Source of the DNA: Nitrosopumilaceae archaeon
GTDB lineage: Archaea > Thermoproteota > Nitrososphaeria > Nitrososphaerales > Nitrosopumilaceae
DNA: 64,000 nucleotides
Direction of reading: 5' to 3'
Assembly: GCA_965209085.1 (NCBI GenBank)
Contig: OZ242376.1
Span: forward strand, 960,001-1,024,000
A program made the position numbers and the translations under genes. This document shows, in pieces, positions 51,974 through 63,000 of this stretch. The stretch's first letter is position 1. The number at the start of each line of letters is the position of its first letter. The notes beneath the pieces were generated by a model, which did no database searches, was not told the DNA's origin, and was given only the letters and a program-made list of their open reading frames with translations.

Positions 51974-53887
51974 GTGTATGTTATTTTGCATATGAGAAAA
52001 CCCAATAAAATACCCTCTCAAATGAGAGCGGGATTTTCCCTGAAAAAAGAGGTTTTTTTTGTAATGTTTGCATCTGTAATTGGAGCTGTATTCATGCATG
52101 TGCCAAGAGTAATTGCGGGGTCGGATTTTATACAATACAAGATCACCCTTCTCATAATAGCTAAAATCATAGGTTCTGAATCATTTGCGTTGGGATTTAT
52201 AATTCACATGGGTGTTGCAATAATGATCGGCATCATAGTGGGCATTTTATTGTATAAAGTTTTAAAGTTCAACATTGTATCCTTTGTGCATGCCATAATT
52301 TACGGATTGCTTTCAGGTATTGCAGTATTTACTATATTTGCAATTCCAGTTGCAACATTGATTCTGATGCCAAACGGCATGTCAGTTTTACAGATGATAA
52401 ATGAAACCGGCATGTTTGGCTCAAATAGTACTGAATTAGTTTCTTTAATTTCCGGAATTGCAGACATGTTTGTAATGCATGTAATCTGGGGCCTTGTACT
52501 TGGAATTGTCACGATGTATCTTACCCGTATATGGGGAACAAACTATCGCTGCCACATATGTGATATTGAATTTTCCAGAGAATCCATATGCAGAAAGCAC
52601 ATACTGCACATACATGAGAGTCCACGGCCCCATTTGAAAAAAATACTCATACTTGGATGCGGATACGGGGGCATAGGCGTGCTGCAAAGAGTTCAGAAAG
52701 CGTTTGATGTTGACGTTGATGTGAGCATAACTTTGGTGGGAAATGAAAATTTCTTTTTACATACGCCCCTGCTTCCGGAGATGGCCACAGGAATGATTGC
52801 CACAAGGCACATTGCCACCCCGGTGCGCGCGTTTTGTAAAAGAGCAAGATACTATCATGCAAATGTGGACTGGGTCGATTTGGAAACTTTACGCGTGGGC
52901 ATAACGCGAAATCTTGACGGCAAGGGCGCTGAGCTTGAATACGATTATCTGGTTGTTGCAATGGGTGGTAAGACAAATTTCTTTGGCAATAAGAATATTG
53001 AAAAATACGCACATACTATAAAAACAATGAGTGATGCTGTCCGTCTGCGAAACCGCATGATAATGACGATGGAGCGCGCAGACCAGGAAAACGATCAAAC
53101 AGTTGTGGCCAAAATGATGTGTTTTGTTGTAGCAGGCGGCGGATTTTCAGGGGTTGAAACGGTAGGTGAGATTAACGATTTTGTCCGCGAATCAGTCAAC
53201 GAGTATTATAGAAATATAGATCCTGAAACTATCCGCATAATACTGATATCGCCCGGTCCCCTGCTGCCAGAGATTGGCGGACTTGGAGAGTATGTTGCAA
53301 AATCGCTTAAAAAAAGCGGTGTAGAGATAATACAAAGTCGCATTTTGGATGCAAGCGATGATACTATCACGCTGGAGAACGGACAGGTAATGCCGTGTGC
53401 AATTTTAGTTTGGGCAGGCGGTCTTGCCGTAAGTTCTGTTATATCAGATATGAAGACAGAGCATGCGCCAAACGGCAGAATTCTAGTTGATGAGTATTTG
53501 CATATTAAAGGTACGAAAAACGCCTATGCCCTAGGCGATTGTGCCGTAATACTTGATCAAAAAACAGGCAGGCCATACCCCCCTACGGCCCAGCATGCAG
53601 TCAGGGAGGCAAAAGTGGTTGCCGAAAACATTGTCGGAGATTTAAAAAACCGTCCAAAAAAGAAATTTTGTTATAAAAGCATGGGGTCTATGGCAAAAAT
53701 TGGCAAGCGCAACGGCGTGGCCCTCTTAATGGGGATACGGCTGCACGGATTTCTAGCATGGGTCATATGGAGACAGTATTACCTGTCCACTTTGCCAAGT
53801 TTTGAGAAAAAGTTCCGGGTTGCCGTTGATTGGACAGCAGACTTGCTATTCCCAAGGGATATTACCATACTTGGCGGCGCAAAATAA
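51974..53887 (+). CDS. Type II NADH dehydrogenase-like flavoprotein with an N-terminal multi-TM domain and C2H2 finger
   Basis: ILGCGYGG, VAGGGFSGVE, WAGG, ALGDC and PPTAQ motifs; about four TM helices; CHICDIEF…H…H. Confidence 0.88.
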   Translation: MYVILHMRKPNKIPSQMRAGFSLKKEVFFVMFASVIGAVFMHVPRVIAGSDFIQYKITLLIIAKIIGSESFALGFIIHMGVAIMIGIIVGILLYKVLKFNIVSFVHAIIYGLLSGIAVFTIFAIPVATLILMPNGMSVLQMINETGMFGSNSTELVSLISGIADMFVMHVIWGLVLGIVTMYLTRIWGTNYRCHICDIEFSRESICRKHILHIHESPRPHLKKILILGCGYGGIGVLQRVQKAFDVDVDVSITLVGNENFFLHTPLLPEMATGMIATRHIATPVRAFCKRARYYHANVDWVDLETLRVGITRNLDGKGAELEYDYLVVAMGGKTNFFGNKNIEKYAHTIKTMSDAVRLRNRMIMTMERADQENDQTVVAKMMCFVVAGGGFSGVETVGEINDFVRESVNEYYRNIDPETIRIILISPGPLLPEIGGLGEYVAKSLKKSGVEIIQSRILDASDDTITLENGQVMPCAILVWAGGLAVSSVISDMKTEHAPNGRILVDEYLHIKGTKNAYALGDCAVILDQKTGRPYPPTAQHAVREAKVVAENIVGDLKNRPKKKFCYKSMGSMAKIGKRNGVALLMGIRLHGFLAWVIWRQYYLSTLPSFEKKFRVAVDWTADLLFPRDITILGGAK

Positions 53888-53981
53888 TACAATACTATAC
53901 GATACTGCATCATATAATGCGCCAACTCTAATCTGTAGCATGAGATATACGGTACAATATTTGAGCATTTAATATCCCAAA

Positions 53982-54066
53982 GGGTGCGAGGTCACATCAT
54001 GCCTAGAATTTATGCAATAAATGAAGATGTATGCACAAAATAGCACGAGGTGCTGACCCCATACCC
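53982..54066. mobile_element. ~85-bp MITE-like element, copy B
   Basis: Imperfect TIRs gggtgcgaggtca and tgaccccataccc; inverted match to 51621-51703. Confidence 0.65.
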
Positions 54067-54257
54067 CAACGGTACTATAACTATAATTGTTGTAATATAT
54101 TCAAGATATTAGATTTATAATAAAATTAATGATAATATTACGATAAAAATGATAATAGCTCAAATAGATCGATAATAGATCACAATTTGGTATATTTTCT
54201 TAAACGATATAGATCTAATAATAGATCATATATACACAGTAATGCAGGAGATTTACA

Positions 54258-54521
54258 TTGGTCAGAACACGTAGGGCTAACAGATATTGTGTGGATTGTG
54301 GCGGCAGACTCGTATACTATCCTAGGCTCTCAAACCCAAAGGCACCAAATGAATACAGGGTTCTAGTATACGCGTGTCCGGACTGTACAGATGATTTTGA
54401 GCGGCCAAAAATGTTCTCAATACGCCGCAATAAATCAGAGGACCCACTTGATACTATCGAGATTGAAATAACACAGATTCATAAAAAAGTGGCAAACATT
54501 AGAAACGGTGCTCATACATGA
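54258..54521 (+). CDS. Small zinc-ribbon protein
   Basis: CVDC…CPDC; TTG start. Confidence 0.75.
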   Translation: MVRTRRANRYCVDCGGRLVYYPRLSNPKAPNEYRVLVYACPDCTDDFERPKMFSIRRNKSEDPLDTIEIEITQIHKKVANIRNGAHT

Positions 54522-54742
54522 GTGTTGAAAAACGCCGGAGCGCGCTGTGGTTTTTAATGCCAATAATGTTTGGACTGATTGGTTCAGTCATTGCATATTT
54601 TGTACTCCGCGAAGATGATCCAAAGCTGGCCAAAAACTGCCTATACCTTGGGATAGCATTATTTGTACTAGGTTTTATCATGATGCTAGCCTTAAATTCA
54701 GCATTCACAGGTGCGATAAACGAGTATGGGATAAATGCATAA
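54518..54742 (+). CDS. Small two-TM membrane protein
   Basis: Two hydrophobic helices; overlaps the upstream stop. Confidence 0.75.
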   Translation: MSVEKRRSALWFLMPIMFGLIGSVIAYFVLREDDPKLAKNCLYLGIALFVLGFIMMLALNSAFTGAINEYGINA

Positions 54743-54842
54743 TGTTTCAAAATTCGAGTTTAGAAACTAACCACATCAGGTATGGCAAACATTCGTATGC
54801 GCCCAACCTAAATACAATGCATGAGATTAGTGATTAGATATC

Positions 54843-55289
54843 ATGAATGAGAGCATGCAAAATGCTGTCGAGAGATGGCTTACCCACGGATCATACAAAT
54901 TCAGGCAGATAAGCATGGATGGGGCTTTATTTTGCAGTGTTATACGGCATTTGGGAGGATTTGGCAATCCGGTGCACATTTTTGAGCCAAAAGATCAGCC
55001 AGGAGTGCTCATAATTGGCTCAAAAGTGCCGTTAAAAAACATGCAAAATTTCAGATATTTGAAATATACAGAACACGAGCAGGAAAAATTTCGTGACAAA
55101 ATAAAGTATTTTTCCCAAAGCATGCGTGCAGTGCATAAAATTCATACAGAAGATGGCAAGATGATCATAGGCGCATACGTTGTTTTGGATAAAAAAGATC
55201 AGACAAACGGGGACAGTTTTTTGGCCGCAGTAAATGATGCAGCAGAGATGGGCGATAAAGTGTCACAATTTTTGATAAAGAGCATCTAG
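54843..55289 (+). CDS. Hypothetical protein (possibly DUF2299-like)
   Basis: 148-aa ORF; VERWL…Y N-terminus. Family assignment is tentative. Confidence 0.65.
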   Translation: MNESMQNAVERWLTHGSYKFRQISMDGALFCSVIRHLGGFGNPVHIFEPKDQPGVLIIGSKVPLKNMQNFRYLKYTEHEQEKFRDKIKYFSQSMRAVHKIHTEDGKMIIGAYVVLDKKDQTNGDSFLAAVNDAAEMGDKVSQFLIKSI

Positions 55290-55501
55290 GCACAGGTGTT
55301 AAACCCCCTGTATGGTTTTGTACAATCAGGCACAAGGTGGTTTTATCAAGATACCCGGTTTTGAGGGGGGGTTTAGCTTTTGTTCGCATATATGGCAATC
55401 AAAGGTAAAAACAGCCCCATCTCTCAGTATGGGATGCGGATGTATTTGCAGTTGTGCGTAAAAGCTAAACCCCATATATAGGGGATATTTTTTACACACA
55501 T

Positions 55502-55993
55502 ATGGCAGTCCGTATGGGTATTTTTCTGGTAATAGGGGGCATTTTAGTCTCAATTATGATCGGAATATACGCCTTTGATCAGACAAAAATCATTCCAACG
55601 TATGCACTAGCTGGTGAATCCATACAGGTGGGTCCGGTATTGTACGTTATAGAATATGATGCAATGCACAAAGGTAACGAGATTACAAGTCCAGATAATA
55701 TCTATTATCAGATAAAAATTTACGCCAAAAATACTGGTATAGAGCCAACTCGCATCTCAAACAGTCAATTTTCCATTACAGGTATAGATTTGCCAAAAAC
55801 TGTTCCCATTTATTCAAATTTTACTAGTATTGATTTATCAGGCGTTGAATTGGAACCAGGTCAGGAGATTGTACGTACAACCCAGTTTGACATACCATAT
55901 GATTCATCTGAGAAATACACCATACAGATAAGACCCACAAAGGAGCAATCATCTGCCCAGTTGGGTCTTGTGTGCATCTCAAACTGTATCTAG
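55502..55993 (+). CDS. Membrane-anchored DUF4352-like Ig-fold protein
   Basis: N-terminal TM helix; KNTG…F and LEPG…FDIP motifs. Confidence 0.75.
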   Translation: MAVRMGIFLVIGGILVSIMIGIYAFDQTKIIPTYALAGESIQVGPVLYVIEYDAMHKGNEITSPDNIYYQIKIYAKNTGIEPTRISNSQFSITGIDLPKTVPIYSNFTSIDLSGVELEPGQEIVRTTQFDIPYDSSEKYTIQIRPTKEQSSAQLGLVCISNCI

Positions 55994-56034
55994 CTAGATG
56001 TATAATATTTCAAAATACGAGTTTTGAAATATTT

Positions 56035-56439
56035 TCATTCATCAGAGTGTGGCCTTTGCATTACAAATACGTGATCTGCACGTATACGTAACACGGTACG
56101 ACGCTCATTACGGCGTCTGTACGGATATTTATCAGCATTTGTGTATTTTTTAGTCATTTTATCAGCATGTATGTACGAATAATCCGCATCCATTTTCAGC
56201 ACAATGCCACGCACCGATGCCATATCAAGTGGATTATCGCATGAGACTATTGATATGGCAACACGTGCGTCTTTTATGAGGTTTTTGTGCTTTATTCTGC
56301 CCTCGGCTGTATTTACTGTTATAAGACCGTCTTCAAAATCGGCCCAAACTGCAGTTACCTGCGGTGAGCCATCAGGCATAATCGTGGCCATGTGGGCAAT
56401 GTTGGGTTCTAAGAAAAGCTTTACCGCTTTTGGGTGCAT
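56035..56439 (-). CDS. PPOX-class (putatively F420-dependent) oxidoreductase
   Basis: ATIMPDGSPQVTAVW and K.KNL..DARVAIS motifs. Confidence 0.88.
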   Translation of the reverse strand: MHPKAVKLFLEPNIAHMATIMPDGSPQVTAVWADFEDGLITVNTAEGRIKHKNLIKDARVAISIVSCDNPLDMASVRGIVLKMDADYSYIHADKMTKKYTNADKYPYRRRNERRTVLRIRADHVFVMQRPHSDE

Positions 56440-56440
56440 T

Positions 56441-56995
56441 TTATGCCTTTTTTTTCCTATGCAGTCGTGAGAGGTCAGCTCTCTCCAACGTTTGTGCTAG
56501 AGCCTGGTTGAGTATCTCAACTTGGATGAATTGCTCGTATGCAAGATCGTTTTTGTGGGTTGTAGCCTTTGGGGCAACGGATGCGAGTATCTCCTCTAGC
56601 CTTTTGGAGGCTGTTTTGATTACAGAGGAATATTTTTTTTCAAAATCCTCCGGGGTATTGTACCCAAGCAGTTTTGTCGAGGTCCCATAATATTTGGTAA
56701 CCGCACCTCTAGATTCTTCCATTCGTACCACTTCAATAAGACCTGCCGTTTTGAGAATGTCTATGTGGTGGCGTATTGTTGTCAAAGCTTTTTTAAATCC
56801 TGCACGTTTTAACGCCGTTCCAATCTGCTCTGCACGCATCGATTTCATGTAGAGTATTTGGACGATTTTTGAGCGTGACGGATCTTCTATAGCTTTGGCC
56901 TGTTTTAGGTTTGTTGTGATTACGTGTTTTACACGAATCTGTCTGTCTAGTATCGCTTGCATGAATATTATTGTGTATAGAATGTAAAATACCAT
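56441..56995 (-). CDS. ArsR-like winged-HTH transcriptional regulator
   Basis: AIEDPSRSKIV…TIRHHIDILKTAGLIE…KYY; the start may be the internal MQAIL. Confidence 0.85.
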   Translation of the reverse strand: MVFYILYTIIFMQAILDRQIRVKHVITTNLKQAKAIEDPSRSKIVQILYMKSMRAEQIGTALKRAGFKKALTTIRHHIDILKTAGLIEVVRMEESRGAVTKYYGTSTKLLGYNTPEDFEKKYSSVIKTASKRLEEILASVAPKATTHKNDLAYEQFIQVEILNQALAQTLERADLSRLHRKKKA

Positions 56996-57097
56996 TACGT
57001 CATATTTTCTTGTCCCATGTGTTGATTTTAACTATTAATATTGGATTAACCTCAATTATATTAAAATGGTGTTATTATTATGATTATAATATGATAG

Positions 57098-57213
57098 ATA
57101 TTGTTATGGTATGAAATATATGATAATATACCATAAATATAGTATCATTATGATGTATATTGTTATGGTATGAAATATATGATAATATACCATAAATATA
57201 GTACCATTATGAT
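57098..57213. repeat. 59-bp tandem duplication, each unit carrying the palindrome TATGGTAT-N15-ATACCATA
   Basis: Units start at 57098 and 57157. Confidence 0.85.
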
Positions 57214-57335
57214 AATTATGCCAACATGTGTCAAATTTATGCCAAATTAGAGTTGACATGCACAGGTGGCATCCAAGATGAAGCAAAGTACACATTCGGC
57301 ACTATGATCAGGCATATGCAGTGAATGCAAGATAC

Positions 57336-58528
57336 TGGTGCGGACCCCGGTACAATGAGAACGATTTTTGCATTAAAAATGATAGGATCCGAGGGCTCAT
57401 TTTATCATTGCCTTCCGTGCGGTGCCAAATTCTGATGGCATCGCGTATCCTATTGCAGAGTGTACCCGGTTCGGATTATAGTCCTCAAAGGCGTATGATA
57501 TTGCATTCTCTGCGTCCTGGAACATCTCAAAGTTGCGCGGCCAGAGATATTCTTTTTTGAGGCTCTTACGATAGGATTCCACATGACCGTTTTGCTCTGG
57601 CGTATGGTAGTGGATGAATTCCGGCCTCACATCGTATGCTTTTACAGCTTGTCAAACTGTAATGAAACATACTGGGAACCGTTATCTGTTCTTAGAGTAA
57701 GATTTGAGCAATCCGGTTTCTTGGAGGCTAAGGCTTCAGTTAATGTTGCAATTGCACCGTCGGTAATAGCTCTTGGCTCAAACGCATATCCTACCCATTC
57801 ACGGGTAAATGCAAAGGATGTTGAATAGGTAACACCATCTGTCTGGTCTTGTGGGCTTTGGGCGCTTCCTTGAGCGAATGATCTCTTTTTTGGGTTTTGC
57901 AGGCGTATTCCAGCTTAAATAATTGCATATTTTCTTCACTTTTTTGCAGTTTACAGGTTTACATGTAATGCGAGACATGGTGGCTGCCATTCTTCGTGTT
58001 CCATACGTGGGTCTGCTCGAAGCAACCTGTTGTATCATTTTTGAGATTTCTTTGTCGATTTGGATGTGCGTGGTTTTTTTGATGCGTACAGCATATTGTT
58101 GGATACTCCTACATAACGTATGGATTTACGGACACTGAAATCTTGTTTTTGCATGAGGGTCAATGCTTTCATTTTGTGCTCTCCTCTAACGTTTTTTTTA
58201 AAACATCATTGACTATGATCAGCTCTCCAATGAGTTTTTTGAGGAATTCATTTTCATTTGTAAGCGTCTTGACTGCATTGTCCCTAGGCTTTCCAGAAAG
58301 AGCAGCTTTGCCAGATTCAATGAATGACTCCCTCCAACGATTGAACGTCATCGGACTGATATTGTGTCTGCGGCACAGCTCAGCTGAGGTAATGCGTGTA
58401 TTTAATGACTCCAAGATGATACGCACCTTTTCATCTGGAGCACGATGTGGTTTTTTCATTGGCAAATCCACTCGAGGGGGTAAAATTTGTAACACTTGGA
58501 GTGTTCTCATTTTATTGGGTCCATTCCA
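57336..58528 (-). mobile_element. Degenerate IS3-family element (orfA intact, orfB fragmented)
   Basis: TG…CA ends with ~26-bp imperfect TIRs. orfA HTH at 58169..58459 with an A8 slippery run; orfB pieces YGTRRM, TDNGSQ and TPEQNGHVES…YN..R.HSAIGY. Confidence 0.88.
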
Positions 58529-58748
58529 ATGCCCTGTATGAGGATTATCCAACTTATCATAGTGCATTATCCCCGCTTCAGGCTTTAAATTTCTCTTTTC
58601 AGGTTTTTAATTCTTCTTTTTCAGAGTGGGGATTATTTCTGCCTATTTGAATGCCATACTCTTTCATAGAGCGTACATATTGTATTATGTGATCTTTTCA
58701 TAAATCTGACTCGTCAAGAGTGTTTTTTTGGCCAATTATGCATAAACG

Positions 58749-59858
58749 CTATTGTCTGTAGTTTATTTTTACTAGCAAATCATCGTTAGTTCCTGCAAAC
58801 CCCATATTGTCTGTATTTGAAGTTAGAACATATAATGAACCATTTGAATCGTATGTTACATCGCGTATACGTCCAAGACCACCCAATAATGCACGAGGGT
58901 TTTTTCCTGGATCGGATAAATCAACTAAATATAGGTTTGATGTCTGCAACGATGCCACCAATATCCCAGATGATATTTCATTTTGTGCAATTGTAATGCC
59001 AGCAATTCCCAATGATGGATCATAACATGCCAAAGAATCCACATATTTTGCATCACCGGTACATTGTTGATACGGCCAACCATAGTTCCCTTTTGCATGT
59101 ATGATGTTTATTTCATCATTTTTTCCAGGTCCCCTATCTGTTGCATACATTGTTCCATTAGAATCCCATCCCAAACCTTGTGGATTTCGCATACCTGACG
59201 CATATACGTAAGAATTAGGATCAGGGTTATCATTAGGGATACTGCCATTTGGATTGATTCGCAGTATTTTGCCCGCAAGAGAATTATTATCCTGTGCAAG
59301 TATTTCACCATCAGAAATTGATCCGGTTCCAACATACAACATTTTATCAGGTCCGAATTTTATTACCCCGCCGTTTGAAAAATGTGATCCCGGAATACCA
59401 TCTAGTATTGTTTCAACCTCAACTAGATGATTGTTTTCAATAGTTATCATGGATATACGATTCTGGATATGTTCATCATGCTTGTATGTATGAAATGCGT
59501 ATAAAATTTCACCCCGTGTAGGATCCGGATGTAATGCAATTCCAAGTAGGCCCGCATCATATACATCAACTACGGAAAATGTAATTAGGGGTTTTTCCAA
59601 CAAATTATTATCAATGATGCGAATTTTGCCAGATTTTTCTGATACAAATATTATTCCATTTTTTGCAATAACCACAGAACGGGGTTCGTCAAGATGTGAT
59701 GCAATTATCTCAACTCCAAGATCGGTTAATGATAACGGATCCGGTAATGGTGGACGGGTATCATCTGAAAATAAAAAAATAAATGCAGATATGGCAAGAG
59801 CTGCAGATATTCCCAATATTCTTAATTTAATATCCATGCATTGAAAAATTATTAACAT
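58749..59858 (-). CDS. PQQ-dependent sugar dehydrogenase family protein (GSDH propeller)
   Basis: GLLGIALHP, FGPD, GKILRI, GMRNPQG, DEIN and NYGWP motifs; N-terminal anchor. Confidence 0.9.
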   Translation of the reverse strand: MLIIFQCMDIKLRILGISAALAISAFIFLFSDDTRPPLPDPLSLTDLGVEIIASHLDEPRSVVIAKNGIIFVSEKSGKIRIIDNNLLEKPLITFSVVDVYDAGLLGIALHPDPTRGEILYAFHTYKHDEHIQNRISMITIENNHLVEVETILDGIPGSHFSNGGVIKFGPDKMLYVGTGSISDGEILAQDNNSLAGKILRINPNGSIPNDNPDPNSYVYASGMRNPQGLGWDSNGTMYATDRGPGKNDEINIIHAKGNYGWPYQQCTGDAKYVDSLACYDPSLGIAGITIAQNEISSGILVASLQTSNLYLVDLSDPGKNPRALLGGLGRIRDVTYDSNGSLYVLTSNTDNMGFAGTNDDLLVKINYRQ

Positions 59859-60053
59859 GTATTAATAATTCAAGCGGATAGCTTGGATGATCTCATTTAC
59901 GGTTGGATTGGCAACGTATGAATGTCGATCATGGCAAAACTTCATCTCAGAGGTTGGGTATATCATCATCAAGGAATTTAAACTAGAGGGAAACTAGAAT
60001 AATTTTACAGACGTGTATTTAGGTTCAAATTGTACAATGGTATACGTACACGT

Positions 60054-63000
60054 TTAACTTGAATCATCATACAAGAGATTTGAGAGCTGTTGCATGCGTG
60101 CAGTTTCCAGCTCTAAGACAAGTTTGAATGAATCTCCTTTTCTAGAGTCCGTGCCGGTTGCATCAAAGTATATAGTTCCGCCATTCTCTGGCAGTGGTTT
60201 TATAATTGTAGCATGCCCCAATATTTCCGCAAGTGTTTCCTGGGCTCTTTTCTGCTCAGCGTATACAGTTGATGCAAAGTCCGGATGGTTGCGGTCAGGA
60301 CCGTGCAGTGTTCCGTATGTGTTATCATCAGGTACTACATATTCGGGGGTGGTAATTTGACGAACCGTATTTCCGATTATCATCCATTGGTAGCCGTATT
60401 GGTCCACCCAGAGGTGCTCTGCTCTGTCGATTTGCACCAAATGCAGTGTTTCAACCGTATTAGATATGCCTGTAGCATGGGATGTGCTAATATCAATCTC
60501 CTTTGGCAAGTTTATGGAATCACCATCAACGTGTATTCCATCGTTAAAGTAAAACTGGTGTGCATTATTATCCCAGTCTACTGGTTTTATCGATACTGTA
60601 TTGTATATGGGAGGCTCTCTGTATGAATATTTCAGCTCTACTAGCAGGCACTGTTGTACATCACCTGTGCATGATATTTGTGATACAGTAGATGATACAT
60701 CAGAGTCTTCAAGCAAGTTTAGTTTATCCACTATAACGATCTCTTTTACTGCAATACTGTCCTTTTGCATCCATACCTCTACAAATGCTTCAGCCTCATG
60801 ATATAATCCAACATCAGGTACTCCCAGTGCAACCTCTACGCGTTTAATGCCTTCAGGTCCAGCACTGTCGTATATTTTCATTTTTATCGTGTTTATATCG
60901 CCCACGTTTGTTCCAATCAGTGGGAATTCTGTATGATATCTGCCCACGTTTACTGTCAAACCGTTGTATTCAAAACCGTTTGTGACTAGCTGTGCCCCAG
61001 AGCTTGTCTTGCCCAATGTTGGTGCGTTACTATCACTATCACTATCACTGCCACCAGAGCTTGTGGTGTTTACTTTAAAGTCAGAGAGGTGTGATGTCCA
61101 TATCGTAACGGTGCGTTCTGTGGAATCGTACGTGTACAAGACGCCACTAAAACTAGCATTTCCATTTATAACAGTCAGGGCAGAAGAAGCGTCATCAATA
61201 GTACCATTGTGACGATTTATTAGAACATATGAATCAAAAGTACCGTTTCTAACAAATGCGTCAAATGATGATCTTGTTACTGAAAAAGTTAATTCCAGTG
61301 CATTGCCTGTGAGCGCATATGAGGTGTTTTCAAATCCAAGTCTTACTGCATCATCATTATGGTTGTCTATAATTTCACGAATGATAAAGTTGCCAGGGTT
61401 TGAATTATTAGTATTAAATGTCATTGTGGTGTTACGTTCTATTTTTACCGTTATTTTTGAATTTACCATTAGATCAAGTGGGTGAGGATATGTTGTAGTG
61501 TGCGTAACTGTAGAACCAGATGTAGTGTTAGATGTAACAGCGAATGTGTTCAATTCCAGTGTTGATGCGTGTAATTTAAGCTGGTTATCAGGATTGATGA
61601 GGCTATCATTATGTATTAGAGCCATTATCACACCATTAGGGTTTTGAACTATTGGAGCGTTGCTATCAATGTGACTTGAGTTTAGAATTGTGGTGCCGTT
61701 TACATTCCTTACGTCGATGTATGTTGTAGCACTAGAGCCCGGATTGCCGGCAGGGTCATTATTTGCAGTACATGTAACAGGGTATACGTTGGCGATCTCA
61801 TGGTTAACATGTGTTGTGTCACATGTTAGAGTTATAGAATTATAATTTAGATCACCATCATCTGTATCACCTCTAATTACCGGAAGTGTATCGTTTACCG
61901 TGATGATTTGAGGCAGGTCTGGTGTAATAGTTGGAGGTATGGTATCGACAAATACGTTGGAACCGATTAGATCATCTTGTGTAACAGTCAGGGTTGCTCC
62001 GTTGGCATTTGTAACCGTAATGGTAAAAGTGGCGTCTGATTCGATTGCACTAGTTGGAATTATACGAGTTGCTGTGAGGGTACTACCTGACGAAGAATTA
62101 GTAGTGGGTGGACCGTTTTGAATTATTACCGTATCGCTTGTAATGGTATCGTTTATCACCAACATTAGAGTCAGCGTATCGTCAGCTTTTGCGTATTGGG
62201 CGTTTTGGTTGTTAGATGTAAGGGTTAATGTGTTAATATTAATTGGCGGTGTATCCTGTACGATAACATTCCGTGTTATGGTAGATCCTGTATTGCCTGC
62301 AGGATCAACAGGTGCTGTATAAGTGAGGGTATAATTACCAACTATTGTAGTATTTACATTGCCGGCTCCGGATACTTGTACGCTACTTGTTGCATATGAT
62401 GCATCAGTTGCTGTGGCACCTGGATCCGTATAGGGGGAATTTGTTGCAATGCGAGTGTTGTTTGCACCCTTTAATGTTATACTAGGTGCAGTCGTATCTA
62501 TAGTGACATATGAGCCGTCTGTGATGTCAGCATTTGTTACTGATATTTGGCCACCAGTAGAGTTTGTCACGGTAATTGAAAACGTGGCATCTCCATCATC
62601 GCCGGACTGGACTGTACCGGTAAACGTAGCAGAGCCGCCGGTTGTAGTATTTGTAAATGATCTGCCAAGCAAGGTTCCATTGATATTGTCCAAATCAGAA
62701 CTATCTGTGGCAAGTGTGACGGTTATGTTTTTGCCTGCATTTGCATAATTGTTGCCTGATGAGCTTGCAATAGTCAGCGAGTTGATTGTAATTGGTTCAA
62801 AGTCAACCACTGTAACTGTTCGTGTTACACTAGAACCGGCATTTCCTGCCCCATCAGCTGCAGCAGTATACGTGTATAATACAACAGAGCCTAGCACGCT
62901 CGTATCCAAAGTGGCGTTTGTGGCAATGCTAAAAGTGCCAGCATAATTTGGATCCCCATCAGTTACAGTAACGTTTGGAATAGACGATACATTGTTGTTT

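Noticed and set aside
50545-61027. Shared C-termini as a diversity-generating retroelement TR/VR pair
   Set aside because: There is no reverse transcriptase in the window, both copies are coding, and the differences do not look adenine-specific.
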